In this document: positions 9,359 through 18,529 of the stretch, in pieces
Layout: every line of letters begins with the position of its first letter
How positions within the stretch are numbered: the stretch's first letter is position 1
Position numbers and translations under genes: made by a program
IMG/VR virus record: IMGVR_UViG_3300044632_001003
Location: 1 to 64,000 of that record
DNA: 64,000 nucleotides
Reading direction: 5' to 3' (one strand)
The notes under the pieces: model-generated
Database searches by the model: none
Told to the model about the DNA's origin: nothing
What the model saw: only the letters and a program-made list of their open reading frames with translations

Positions 9359-9900
9359 AGGGGTTTGCCGTTTTTATCCAGGATATTATAGACAGTATAC
9401 TTGAAAGTGGCATCTGCTGTAAAGTAGGAATAGTCCTGTTCCTTCGCATCAAAAGTCAAAGAACTTAAAGACACTGGGTATAAATCTTTAAATTTAATTA
9501 TAGCAATATCTCTAAAGTTGCTATTTAAAATATGAAGAGAACCATCACTGAAAACAAGATTTGGATCTCTTATATCATCTTCATTTGTTGTCAGTTCTTT
9601 ATATTGACTTGTGGATTCTGGAAATCCGATTCCAGTTAACCAATTATGTACAGAAGAATAATTTTCTAGATTTTCATCAACTATAAATGATAAACGAAGA
9701 TCTCCGTATGTTAATTTTTCCCCTGGAATATCAATATTTTTTAGGTATGATGGTTGTATTGCAGTTGCTAAGCTAATTTCTGGGATATTTGCGGAAGACG
9801 AAAAGAAATCAACCTTTGGATATTTTGCTAATGAAAATTTAAATCCAATTGGCGATAAAAAATTCCTATTCGAAATTTGTTTAGCAAAAGGTGATGCCAT
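9355..9900 (-). CDS. 3: Tail completion/terminator protein gp3
   Basis: NFLSPIGFKF, LSFIVDENLENY, DLYPVSLS; located between 23 and uvsY. Confidence 0.85.
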   Translation of the reverse strand: MASPFAKQISNRNFLSPIGFKFSLAKYPKVDFFSSSANIPEISLATAIQPSYLKNIDIPGEKLTYGDLRLSFIVDENLENYSSVHNWLTGIGFPESTSQYKELTTNEDDIRDPNLVFSDGSLHILNSNFRDIAIIKFKDLYPVSLSSLTFDAKEQDYSYFTADATFKYTVYNILDKNGKPL

Positions 9901-9922
9901 TGTGTTTTATTTTTATTTAGAT

Positions 9923-9948
9923 AAAAAAAGAGGGTCTTGCGACCCTCT
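9923..9948 (-). terminator. Terminator after major capsid gene
   Basis: AGAGGGTC-GCAA-GACCCTCT followed by a T-tract. Confidence 0.85.
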
Positions 9949-9968
9949 GAGTGATATGTGAATCGAGA

Positions 9969-11390
9969 TCACATTAGGTTGGTTACCTTTACTCTTCTGT
10001 AGTAACGGTTTGCGTTTGCCTTGAGGCGTCCTAGACCCGCAGTGGTTCCCTCAGCGAATGGGTTGGCAACTAGACCATAACGGGTCTTAAAGCCAATCTT
10101 AGGCTGGAAGGTGTTCTCACCAACGGCACGTACCATTTGGAGAGGAACATATGGGCAATAGAACAGACCAGCATCGTAAGGTGAAGAACCCTTATAACCG
10201 ACAACGTAGTACTGGTTAGCAGATACGTTTGCCGAATATGGGTCAATATATACACGATACTTGCCTTGGAGAACACCAGCGAAGGTGTTACCAGTGTCAT
10301 CAACGTTGAGGTTAGCGTTGAGTGCAGGGGTGTAATCAAGAACACCTGCCATGGTGAGTGCCGAAGCAACGTCAGCAGAGCAGAGGATCATGTTACCCTT
10401 GCCACGACGAGTTCTCTGGGCGATAGCGTTTGCATCACGCTCGATCTGGAAGATCAGACCCTTGAACTTCTCAACTGACCAACGACCGTTGGAGTCAACG
10501 TCGAGGTCGAAAGTACCAGCGGTTGCAGTATTAACAGCAGCACCAGACTCAGCAATCTTGTAGATGGTACGAATAACTTCGCGGTTGATTTCAGCAAGAA
10601 TCTCAGTTGAGAGAATGTTTGCTAATTCAGCCTCAGCATTCAGACCGTGGATTGCCTTGAGGTCTTGAGCGAGTTCTAGTGAGTACTCAGCTTTCAGAGC
10701 TCTTGACTTAGCGGTAACGGTGACTTTCTCGATCGAGAATGCCATCTGGTTGAACTGGTCGCCAGAGCCATCACCTAGGTCTTCTGCATAATCGGTACGC
10801 ATACCCTGACCAACAGGATATGTAGTAGCGGTTTGTGAACCTTCTGGGTTCAGGAGACCTGGGTTAGCAGCACTTGCGTGACCAGCGGTAGTACCGAAAC
10901 CAACGGAAGCACCGTCAGAACCAGCAACATAAAGACCAGACTCAAGATCGAATCCGTCGTTCTGACCTGAATATGCGGTATTTGCTTCGTCGAAGAATGC
11001 TTCGCCGTTAGCAGCAGCATCCATGGTTCCGTACTTGGAACGCATTGCGAAGATGAGTCCAGTAGGACCGTTCATTGGTTGAACGCCTGCGAGGTCATAA
11101 GCGACCAGGTTAGGCATTGAACGTCTGATTAGGGAGATCAGAACAGGGTCGAAACCTGCGACAGGTGAAGAAGCAGCACCACCAAAACCAGCATTACCAG
11201 TGCTTGAGAAGGTGTTTACGGTTGGAGCTTCATAGAGAAACTGACGCTCTTCGCGGAGAGCGGTCTCTTGGTTCTCTAGCAGGATAGCGGTAACAGCTCT
11301 ACGATGAGAATCTTTGATTGGATCAAGACCTTCGTAATCGAGAACTGGACTCCACTTCTCCTGCAATTGTTCTGCATTGAACATTTGCAT
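9969..11390 (-). CDS. 23: Major capsid protein gp23
   Basis: LQEKWSPVL, GVQPMNGPTGLIFAMR, KSRALKAEYSLELAQDLKAIHGL, FQPKIGFKTRYG. Confidence 0.99.
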   Translation of the reverse strand: MQMFNAEQLQEKWSPVLDYEGLDPIKDSHRRAVTAILLENQETALREERQFLYEAPTVNTFSSTGNAGFGGAASSPVAGFDPVLISLIRRSMPNLVAYDLAGVQPMNGPTGLIFAMRSKYGTMDAAANGEAFFDEANTAYSGQNDGFDLESGLYVAGSDGASVGFGTTAGHASAANPGLLNPEGSQTATTYPVGQGMRTDYAEDLGDGSGDQFNQMAFSIEKVTVTAKSRALKAEYSLELAQDLKAIHGLNAEAELANILSTEILAEINREVIRTIYKIAESGAAVNTATAGTFDLDVDSNGRWSVEKFKGLIFQIERDANAIAQRTRRGKGNMILCSADVASALTMAGVLDYTPALNANLNVDDTGNTFAGVLQGKYRVYIDPYSANVSANQYYVVGYKGSSPYDAGLFYCPYVPLQMVRAVGENTFQPKIGFKTRYGLVANPFAEGTTAGLGRLKANANRYYRRVKVTNLM

Positions 11391-11439
11391 GGGGGTTTAC
11401 CTCTTTTGAAGTTTAAGTTTGACTGGTATTATCTAAAAA

Positions 11440-12546
11440 TCACTTTTTAGCGACTCTACCAAGAGTCTGAAGATAAGCTTCCATCATTGTCGAAACTGAT
11501 TGAGTCTCTTCAGTAATGGTTTCTTCAGTAATGTGGTCAGAATCGTCTTTTTGAGCACCAGCATTTGATGGGAAGTATGATTCCCTCAGGGTTACTAGTT
11601 TCTCACGATAGGTATCTTCACTATCAAACTCAACATTTTCGGCAAGAGAAGCGAGCTTGTCCTTCTGAGAAAGTGCAAGACCTTCAGCGACATCTGCAAA
11701 GATTACATCAGCAACTGACTCGGCTAATCTTCTATTAAGAGCAACATTCTTTTCGATTTGCTCGTTGAGTTTAGACTCCATTTCATCTAGTTTATCTACC
11801 ATACTCTCTAAAACATCATATTTATCTTCAGGGATTGTTACATAATGATCTTCAAAAAGACTCTTCATTCCAGTGAGGAATGATTCAGTCATTTCGGTCT
11901 TCAGACCGTGCTCAACTGCGAGTTGATTTTCTTTAATCCACTCGTCAGCAACATACTCTAGGTAAGCATCAACTCTTTCAGTGAGTGATACTTTGATTTC
12001 TTCGATCTCTTCTACGATAGCAGCTTCATATGCTGCTTGCATCTCTTCTTTGACCGTGGCAACTTTTGCCTTGATTGCAGCTTCGAAGATTGTACGTGCT
12101 TTCTCTTGGAATTCCTCAGAAAGCTCTTCACCAGCAAGAAGGGCATTGACATCCTCTTCAATGTCATACTCTTCTTCGGTTTCTTCTTCAACAACTTCTT
12201 CAGCAGCCTCTTCAGACTCACCTTCAGCTTCGACTTCGGTTTCTGCTTCTGCTTCAACTACTTCAGCATCTTCCTCATCTTCTGCTTCTTCCTTCATCGC
12301 CTTCATAGGCTCAGCAGGCTTAGCACCACGATTAACGATATCATGAACAGTTTTGACTCTTGGTTCAGCAAGTTTTGCTGAATCGTCGTCTGCACGATAG
12401 TTATCTGGGGTAGGGCCACCTAAATCTTCCCAATTGCCAGTTTGCCCAGGTGCAATACCTGTGGTTAGCTTTGGCATTGGTTCGGCGGGGGCGGCTCCTT
12501 TGGTTACTACGTTTTCCATTTCTTGTAAATTGCTACCAACGGACAT
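11440..12546 (-). CDS. 22: Prohead core scaffold gp22
   Basis: Acidic coiled coil, EEFQEKARTIFEAA, VDAYLEYVADEW. Confidence 0.93.
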   Translation of the reverse strand: MSVGSNLQEMENVVTKGAAPAEPMPKLTTGIAPGQTGNWEDLGGPTPDNYRADDDSAKLAEPRVKTVHDIVNRGAKPAEPMKAMKEEAEDEEDAEVVEAEAETEVEAEGESEEAAEEVVEEETEEEYDIEEDVNALLAGEELSEEFQEKARTIFEAAIKAKVATVKEEMQAAYEAAIVEEIEEIKVSLTERVDAYLEYVADEWIKENQLAVEHGLKTEMTESFLTGMKSLFEDHYVTIPEDKYDVLESMVDKLDEMESKLNEQIEKNVALNRRLAESVADVIFADVAEGLALSQKDKLASLAENVEFDSEDTYREKLVTLRESYFPSNAGAQKDDSDHITEETITEETQSVSTMMEAYLQTLGRVAKK

Positions 12547-12572
12547 TTGTTTAGATATTTGGATATAATCTA

Positions 12573-12584
12573 TATTTATTTATA
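12573..12584 (-). promoter_or_regulatory. Overlapping tandem late promoters TATAAATAAATA
   Basis: Exact consensus upstream of gene 22. Confidence 0.8.
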
Positions 12585-12586
12585 AA

Positions 12587-13237
12587 TTATAGATTTGAAA
12601 GAAATTCCTGGAACAATTCAATTTTGTTTTCCTGGAGTCTTTTTTCATCAACAAGAGTGTTGATTCTTTTCTGAGTTTGTTCGGCAAGTCTTTCACGAAG
12701 AATTCCACCTTCCCAAACCCACTCTTTACCTTCCATAATTCCCTGAACAAAAGCATCAGGAGCAGAAGGGTCGGCAACGATATCTGCCGCAGTTGCAAGC
12801 ATGAAATCTTCGCCAACAATTTTGTGACCTTCGTTGGTCATTTTTAATGAACCAACACCACGAGAAGAAACGCCGAGACAAACACCTTCACCAATGAGGG
12901 ACTTTGCAATCTTACCCATTGGAGTTTCTAGGAGTTGTGCCTTACCAATAAAATTAGTTCCCTTTTGCTCAAGAGAAACAATCTTATGAGAAACACGGTC
13001 AAGATTGACGGTAGGACCATCAGGATGGCCAAGTTCTCCTAAAGCACGACCTTTAGCAACAAAGGCTTCATTATATCTTTCGACTTCTCTTGAAAGAGTT
13101 GCCATTGGATACATTCTTCCATTGCGATTGCAAATATCACCTTGAAGGAAAATACCCTCAATATACATTTTCTTTTCAGCACCTTTTCCTTCGGTGATGA
13201 ATTTTACCTGTTGTACTTCTTCTGTGATGAGTTTCAT
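12587..13237 (-). CDS. 21: Prohead protease gp21
   Basis: MKLITE, NRNGRMYP, ALGELGHP, GVSSRGVGSL, DIVADPSAPDAF. Confidence 0.97.
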   Translation of the reverse strand: MKLITEEVQQVKFITEGKGAEKKMYIEGIFLQGDICNRNGRMYPMATLSREVERYNEAFVAKGRALGELGHPDGPTVNLDRVSHKIVSLEQKGTNFIGKAQLLETPMGKIAKSLIGEGVCLGVSSRGVGSLKMTNEGHKIVGEDFMLATAADIVADPSAPDAFVQGIMEGKEWVWEGGILRERLAEQTQKRINTLVDEKRLQENKIELFQEFLSNL

Positions 13238-13238
13238 T

Positions 13239-13502
13239 TTAGTTTGTAAATGCTACTTTATTTGCTTTAATTGCACTGCTAGACCAAATAACATCAGAAG
13301 GTGGTTTTGCTAAAAACTCAACAGATCCCCCTGGCATTGCAAAATAATTTGTTGATGCAGCACCAACTAAGGTACTAATTCCAACTGTCACAATTCCTGC
13401 AGTATTGTTATACAAACGAACGCAAGTTGCATCACTGATACTTGATGCAGCCCCTGCTGTCGTTGGTGTTGTTACTTCTGTTGCAACGATTTTGGTAAGC
13501 AT
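13239..13502 (-). CDS. Hypothetical protein in head operon
   Basis: ORF track; translationally coupled on both sides. Confidence 0.7.
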   Translation of the reverse strand: MLTKIVATEVTTPTTAGAASSISDATCVRLYNNTAGIVTVGISTLVGAASTNYFAMPGGSVEFLAKPPSDVIWSSSAIKANKVAFTN

Positions 13503-13675
13503 TATGCTTTTTCCTCTTCTGAATCTACTTCTTCCATACTGAATAAAGAGTTAGCTACTTCTGGGCGAAGTGCTTCAATCTTTTCCCCAGCTTTTGCAAA
13601 AAGTGCATCTTTAATTTGTGCTGAAATATCTGAGGGGGAAGCATCAGACACTACCATGTTAATAAGGTCTTCCAT
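13502..13675 (-). CDS. Small acidic protein, 57 aa, at the position of T4 prohead core genes 67/68
   Basis: Hand-translated MEDLINMVVSDASPSDISAQIKDALFAKAGEKIEALRPEVANSLF...; own late promoter; TAATG overlap with the next gene. Confidence 0.75.
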   Translation of the reverse strand: MEDLINMVVSDASPSDISAQIKDALFAKAGEKIEALRPEVANSLFSMEEVDSEEEKA

Positions 13676-13697
13676 TTTTTTAATATAGTAATATGAT

Positions 13698-13705
13698 TAT
13701 TTATA
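13698..13705 (-). promoter_or_regulatory. Late promoter TATAAATA
   Basis: Exact consensus, overlapping the end of gene 20. Confidence 0.8.
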
Positions 13706-13707
13706 TT

Positions 13708-15396
13708 TTAGATCTTCCCGCCTTTTGGTTCTGGTAAAACCCCTGCTTCAGTTGCATCACCACTTGGAGCTGGCGGTTCAATTGGAACTTCTCCCATTTG
13801 ACCATTTATTTGATCTCCACCTGCAGGTTGTTGAGGTAGAGGTTCTCCAGTAATTGGATCAACTTGAGATGGGTCTGGAAGAATTCCTTTTTTAATTTCA
13901 TCCTCAATTTGCTCATCAATCTCAATAATTTCAGAATCAGTTTGGCGAAGAATTCTTTTTCTTACATATTCTGTTGAGTAATACTTACCAATGTAAGGTT
14001 CTACTGTTGCAAGAATGCCAAGTCTATTTTGAATAAGTTCTGCTTCTTTAAGTTCAGCAAACTGATTATCATATAAAAAGTCATACTGAATATGATCACT
14101 GATTTTTTCCCAATCTTCTGCTGCAATAATGTTCTTGAGAATCAATTGCGTCTTCAATAAATCATTGAATAAATTTGCAAATCTTTTTCTAAGTCTTCCT
14201 ACAAATTTAGAGAAATTGAGTTCATCTCTGAGAATCTCTGATGAACGACCAAGATTGAATCCATCCCCACCGCCAGGTAGTCTTGATTCTGGAACACCTA
14301 ATGAACGATACAATTTCTTTTGGAAATATTCAATGTCAGAAAGTTCTCCAAGATTTTGCCCGCCAGGAAGAGTTGTGATTTCTGTACCACGACCACCCTC
14401 TCTTCTTGGAAGCCAAAAGTCTTCAAGCATGGACATCATTTTTTTATCATCACGAATCTCACCTGTATTTGCATCATAGACCATTTTATTTCTATAACGC
14501 ATCATCACATCTTTAAGGTATTGCTCTGCCTTTACCTTTGGAAGATTACCAACATCGATGTAGAAAATTCTGCGTTCTGGAGCACGAGATAATCTATAGA
14601 TAACCAAAGAGTCCTCAATCATTCTTAGTTGATTGAGTGCTTTGATTGCCTTATGTAGATATGAAAGAACTGTACTTTTATTTCTATCGATTAATCCAGA
14701 AGTACAATATGTAATTGAATCTTTTGCAATTTTGATTGTACCTTTTTGTCCAGTGAATCCTGAAAATCCACCAGGACCTTTCATACTATCTTGAGTATAT
14801 ACAAAATACTCTTCGATTTCAGGATAAGTAATACTTTCTTTAGTATAATTAAGATTGGCAGTTTGAAGTTTATTTGGATCTCTTTTCTTTTCTTGTCTAA
14901 TGTGCTTAATTTTTAGTGGGTCAATGTATCTTAATTCCTTGATGCCATCTGTTGGATTTTTAAGATCAATAACCTTTAGATAAAAAATTCTTCCATCAAC
15001 ATACCAATTTCTAAAAATTTCGTGACATTTTTTGTCAAAGTCTAAAATTTCTTTGATATATTTAAACTCTTCTCTAATTGCAGATTTTAATCTATCACTA
15101 GCATTCAAATTTGAAAGTTCAATCTCTACAGGGGAATCATACAAATCGCTAACGATTGCTTCATTTACAACATCTTCAATGGCTTTATCACATTCTGGGT
15201 GTAAAGCCATTTCACGATATCTTTTGATTAAATCAAACTCAGTTCTATATACCCCTTCTATATCAACATACTGACCATAAAATCCAGATTGGAGATAGAA
15301 ATCAACCCCGTCCTCATTATTAGGGGGGACGGGGGATGCTATGGATTTGGATTTTTGTTCTGAATCTTCAATCGAAAAACCAAAAAGTTTCGCCAT
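13708..15396 (-). CDS. 20: Portal protein gp20
   Basis: WYVDGRIFY, IEDSLVIYRLSRAPERRIFYIDVGNLPK, EDFWLPRREGGRGTEITTLPGG. Confidence 0.99.
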   Translation of the reverse strand: MAKLFGFSIEDSEQKSKSIASPVPPNNEDGVDFYLQSGFYGQYVDIEGVYRTEFDLIKRYREMALHPECDKAIEDVVNEAIVSDLYDSPVEIELSNLNASDRLKSAIREEFKYIKEILDFDKKCHEIFRNWYVDGRIFYLKVIDLKNPTDGIKELRYIDPLKIKHIRQEKKRDPNKLQTANLNYTKESITYPEIEEYFVYTQDSMKGPGGFSGFTGQKGTIKIAKDSITYCTSGLIDRNKSTVLSYLHKAIKALNQLRMIEDSLVIYRLSRAPERRIFYIDVGNLPKVKAEQYLKDVMMRYRNKMVYDANTGEIRDDKKMMSMLEDFWLPRREGGRGTEITTLPGGQNLGELSDIEYFQKKLYRSLGVPESRLPGGGDGFNLGRSSEILRDELNFSKFVGRLRKRFANLFNDLLKTQLILKNIIAAEDWEKISDHIQYDFLYDNQFAELKEAELIQNRLGILATVEPYIGKYYSTEYVRKRILRQTDSEIIEIDEQIEDEIKKGILPDPSQVDPITGEPLPQQPAGGDQINGQMGEVPIEPPAPSGDATEAGVLPEPKGGKI

Positions 15397-15429
15397 TTTA
15401 TAACTTGAATTTATCTATTATTCTATTAT

Positions 15430-16020
15430 TTAGTTGATGTTTTCTCCACCCGCTTGAGGAGCATTACCCTTGATAGCTTCCCACCAATGCACTTGCATCT
15501 CAACTGTGAATTCCTGAATGCCCTCAGTATCATACGAAAGGTTAATTGGAGCAATATTAGTTGGGAAGATATCATAGAAATGATATGCTCTCAGAGTTTC
15601 TCCACTACGATCTAACTGATAGACAAATGCATCTGCTTGATAAGATGCAGGATCAGTTGAACCAGTGTTATCAGATACTCTGTTGATTGAATTCATCCAC
15701 TTCTCAAATGCCGAACGAATTGCAAAATCAGTATCGTTGATAACGGTGATTGTCCAACTATCAAAGGTTCTGTCGCCAGCAACATGAAGAACACGACCTC
15801 TAAATGGAACGGTCACATCCGAAATGTTCGAAGCAGGTAAGTTTGCTGCTTTAACTAAGAATCTTGCTTTATCAAGAACTTCTGAACTTGCTGGAGCAAT
15901 ATCTGGGAATGAAAGTACAACCTCAAACAGGTTGCTTCTAGCACCACCACCAGTCAGCTTACTCTTGAAGTCGGTAATCTTTCTTAATGGGGGTGGATTT
16001 AATTGGGTTCTGGTAGCCAT
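15430..16020 (-). CDS. 19: Tail tube protein gp19
   Basis: GGARSNLFEV, AGDRTFDSWTITVIND. Confidence 0.96.
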   Translation of the reverse strand: MATRTQLNPPPLRKITDFKSKLTGGGARSNLFEVVLSFPDIAPASSEVLDKARFLVKAANLPASNISDVTVPFRGRVLHVAGDRTFDSWTITVINDTDFAIRSAFEKWMNSINRVSDNTGSTDPASYQADAFVYQLDRSGETLRAYHFYDIFPTNIAPINLSYDTEGIQEFTVEMQVHWWEAIKGNAPQAGGENIN

Positions 16021-16042
16021 AGTTTTAAAACCTCTAAGTTAA

Positions 16043-18214
16043 TTAAACAGTACCGATTACTTCTTCAAAAGCAACACCAGTTCTGGTGGCAACAAAAGTT
16101 AGTCCGATGAAATTGATAGAACGAGCAGGTTTGATGTATATATCAGCAACAAACTCATTTGCATCAATGACAGCGGCAGTGTTGTTTGTTTCGTCACAAA
16201 CAACAACATAATCAAAGATTCCTCTCTTGGCTTGAACATCACGAAGGAATGGTTCAACAATATTTACAAAGTTAGTTCTTGTAATTTCATCGTTGAATTC
16301 AAAAAGTTGATCTCTAGCAGCTGCTGAGATTGCATCTTCCAGATAGAGGAATAGTCTGCGAACATTGATTCTATCAAATGCAGATGCTCTTGCGAGAGCA
16401 GTCTTATCACCAAAGAGAATGATTCCAGAACCAGGTGAGAAGATTACTGGATTAATTCTTGCAGAGTAGAGACGATCTCTCTGTGCCTTAGATGGATTAT
16501 ATGCTAGTTTAATAGCATTCAGGATAGTTCCTCTAGAAGTACCCGCTGGTGAGAACCATGGGAAATTGTTGATATCATTTCTGGCGCAGAGTCCAGCCAT
16601 GTCTCCATTTAGTGGAACATATCTAAATGTATTATTAAATCTATCAAACATGTACTTATATCCACTATCAAATACAGCATATGATGAAGAAGTCAGTGGA
16701 GCGTAGAAACTAAGTACATTATCTGTAATTGTTGAAGCAGAATTTACAGTAGCACTTCCAACTGCAGTTTCTGTAAGGAATGCACCCCTATATGGTGAGA
16801 TGAATGCAATGGCATCTTTTCTAATTTCAGCAACAGAAATTAGTTTGTTTGCTAATGCTTGTGCGTTTTCTTTTCCATATCCAGCTGAACCCATGATTAG
16901 GAAATTAATATTATATTCCTCAGTATTTTCAAATAAATCATATCCACCACTGATATCTGCAATCGAAGAACTTAAAGCACCTGTCGTTGCAATTCCACTG
17001 CTATAGTCATAGTTATATCCTTTTTCAAGAGTTAATGTGTTATTTCCAGTTGCTGAGAAAATAATACCCTCAGCTTCTTGGTCCCATGCATTATCTGATT
17101 GTAGAGTAAATCCACTGCTGAATCCAGTTGTAACGATTCCAGCAGGTTGGGAACCACCAAAGATATATGCTGAGTTATCTGCAAGATATCCTCTCCAATA
17201 TGATGGAGAACCTACAGAGAACTCTGCATCTTTTGCTTTGGAAAGTGAAAGATGCTTCTCAAGAATTGTCCCAACAGTGCCAGTAACTTCTCCAGTACCA
17301 TCAATTACAACCACATGAATTTCATCATGTCTTGCATTTCTAGTTTCTGCATATGCAGTTGTACCAGGTCTGCTTGCAATTGAATTCCATGCAATTGTTA
17401 CAGTTGTAATTCCAGCAGAAGAAATTACAATATTTTGATTGTCGAACCAATCTGAGACTCCACTATAAGAGGATGATGCATATGCGACGGACGAACCATT
17501 TGTGTGGAAACCAACCGATCCTGTTGCATTAAATGCATAAACTCCGCTTGGAGTATAATCTATTGGTGTTACAACTGATGTGGATGAGACTTTGCTCTGA
17601 ATCTTAACGCTAACGGTACTTTGTCCAATTCCAGTAACAACCCCTCTTAACGTAAATCCAGTTAATGAAGAAGTTGTACCAGCACCAATATCGGTTTTAC
17701 CATCAAGACCTTGAGTTACTCCGTAACCAACTGCAAGACCTGCAGTGCTAATTCCTGTCAGAATTTGGTCTGCTCTTGAGTCGATAAGTGCAACCTTTAG
17801 ACCATTTCCCCATGAACCTGGGTTTTTAGCTACCACAGTTACATTGGGAATGACATTCTCATCATATTGCTTATTTGTATAGTCGTCAAGACTATTAATT
17901 GTAACGCTAGTTGCTGCTCCTGCTAGAGCATTAGTTAAAGATGTTCCTGATGCTCTTACAACTCTTAGGGCTCCACCATATGCCAAATAAGATGAAGCAG
18001 TTAGCCACTGCTCATAGTGCTTATCAATTGTATATGGCTTACCAAAAACATTGAGTAGCTCCTGCTCATTTTGAATTAGTGTTGGCAAATTAACAGGGCC
18101 TTTGGCAAAAGGTGCAACAATAGCACCAACTTTATCAGAGGTTGGGTCTATCCTTCCATTAGTAAGATCAACCTCTCTTACTACAATTCCAGGAGATGCT
18201 AAATTTATAGGCAT
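16043..18214 (-). CDS. 18: Tail sheath protein gp18
   Basis: SPGIVVREVDLT, PWFSPAG, FGDKT, FDRINVRRLF, KPARSINFI. Confidence 0.98.
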   Translation of the reverse strand: MPINLASPGIVVREVDLTNGRIDPTSDKVGAIVAPFAKGPVNLPTLIQNEQELLNVFGKPYTIDKHYEQWLTASSYLAYGGALRVVRASGTSLTNALAGAATSVTINSLDDYTNKQYDENVIPNVTVVAKNPGSWGNGLKVALIDSRADQILTGISTAGLAVGYGVTQGLDGKTDIGAGTTSSLTGFTLRGVVTGIGQSTVSVKIQSKVSSTSVVTPIDYTPSGVYAFNATGSVGFHTNGSSVAYASSSYSGVSDWFDNQNIVISSAGITTVTIAWNSIASRPGTTAYAETRNARHDEIHVVVIDGTGEVTGTVGTILEKHLSLSKAKDAEFSVGSPSYWRGYLADNSAYIFGGSQPAGIVTTGFSSGFTLQSDNAWDQEAEGIIFSATGNNTLTLEKGYNYDYSSGIATTGALSSSIADISGGYDLFENTEEYNINFLIMGSAGYGKENAQALANKLISVAEIRKDAIAFISPYRGAFLTETAVGSATVNSASTITDNVLSFYAPLTSSSYAVFDSGYKYMFDRFNNTFRYVPLNGDMAGLCARNDINNFPWFSPAGTSRGTILNAIKLAYNPSKAQRDRLYSARINPVIFSPGSGIILFGDKTALARASAFDRINVRRLFLYLEDAISAAARDQLFEFNDEITRTNFVNIVEPFLRDVQAKRGIFDYVVVCDETNNTAAVIDANEFVADIYIKPARSINFIGLTFVATRTGVAFEEVIGTV

Positions 18215-18249
18215 CTTTATTCTCCGTGCTATCCAGAATTATCTGAAAT

Positions 18250-18256
18250 TATTTAT
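18250..18256 (-). promoter_or_regulatory. Late promoter ATAAATA upstream of gene 18
   Basis: Motif 35 nt upstream of the ATG. Confidence 0.65.
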
Positions 18257-18298
18257 TAAAAAGTCTATTTTGAATGGGGAAGCCATGCATGAGTATGA

Positions 18299-18529
18299 TC
18301 ACCAGTCAGGATATTCCCACTTTATTATTCCCCTTGGTCTCTTTCTAGTTTCTGTAGTCCTCTTAACAGTACATTCTTTGCATTCATAAGAATATGCAGA
18401 TGGAAAAGAACCTCTATCCTTGCGAGTTAAGTAAAAGTCTTCTAATAAATTTTTAACTTTTCCACAAACTCTACATCTCCTATCGAAAAATAATAAATGT
18501 TCTAATTCTATCTCCTTATCTAAATCCAT
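18299..18529 (-). CDS. Small zinc-ribbon protein (CxxC...CxxC)
   Basis: CRVC and CKEC; start at MDLDKEI overlaps the gp17 stop (TGATG). Confidence 0.7.
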   Translation of the reverse strand: MDLDKEIELEHLLFFDRRCRVCGKVKNLLEDFYLTRKDRGSFPSAYSYECKECTVKRTTETRKRPRGIIKWEYPDW

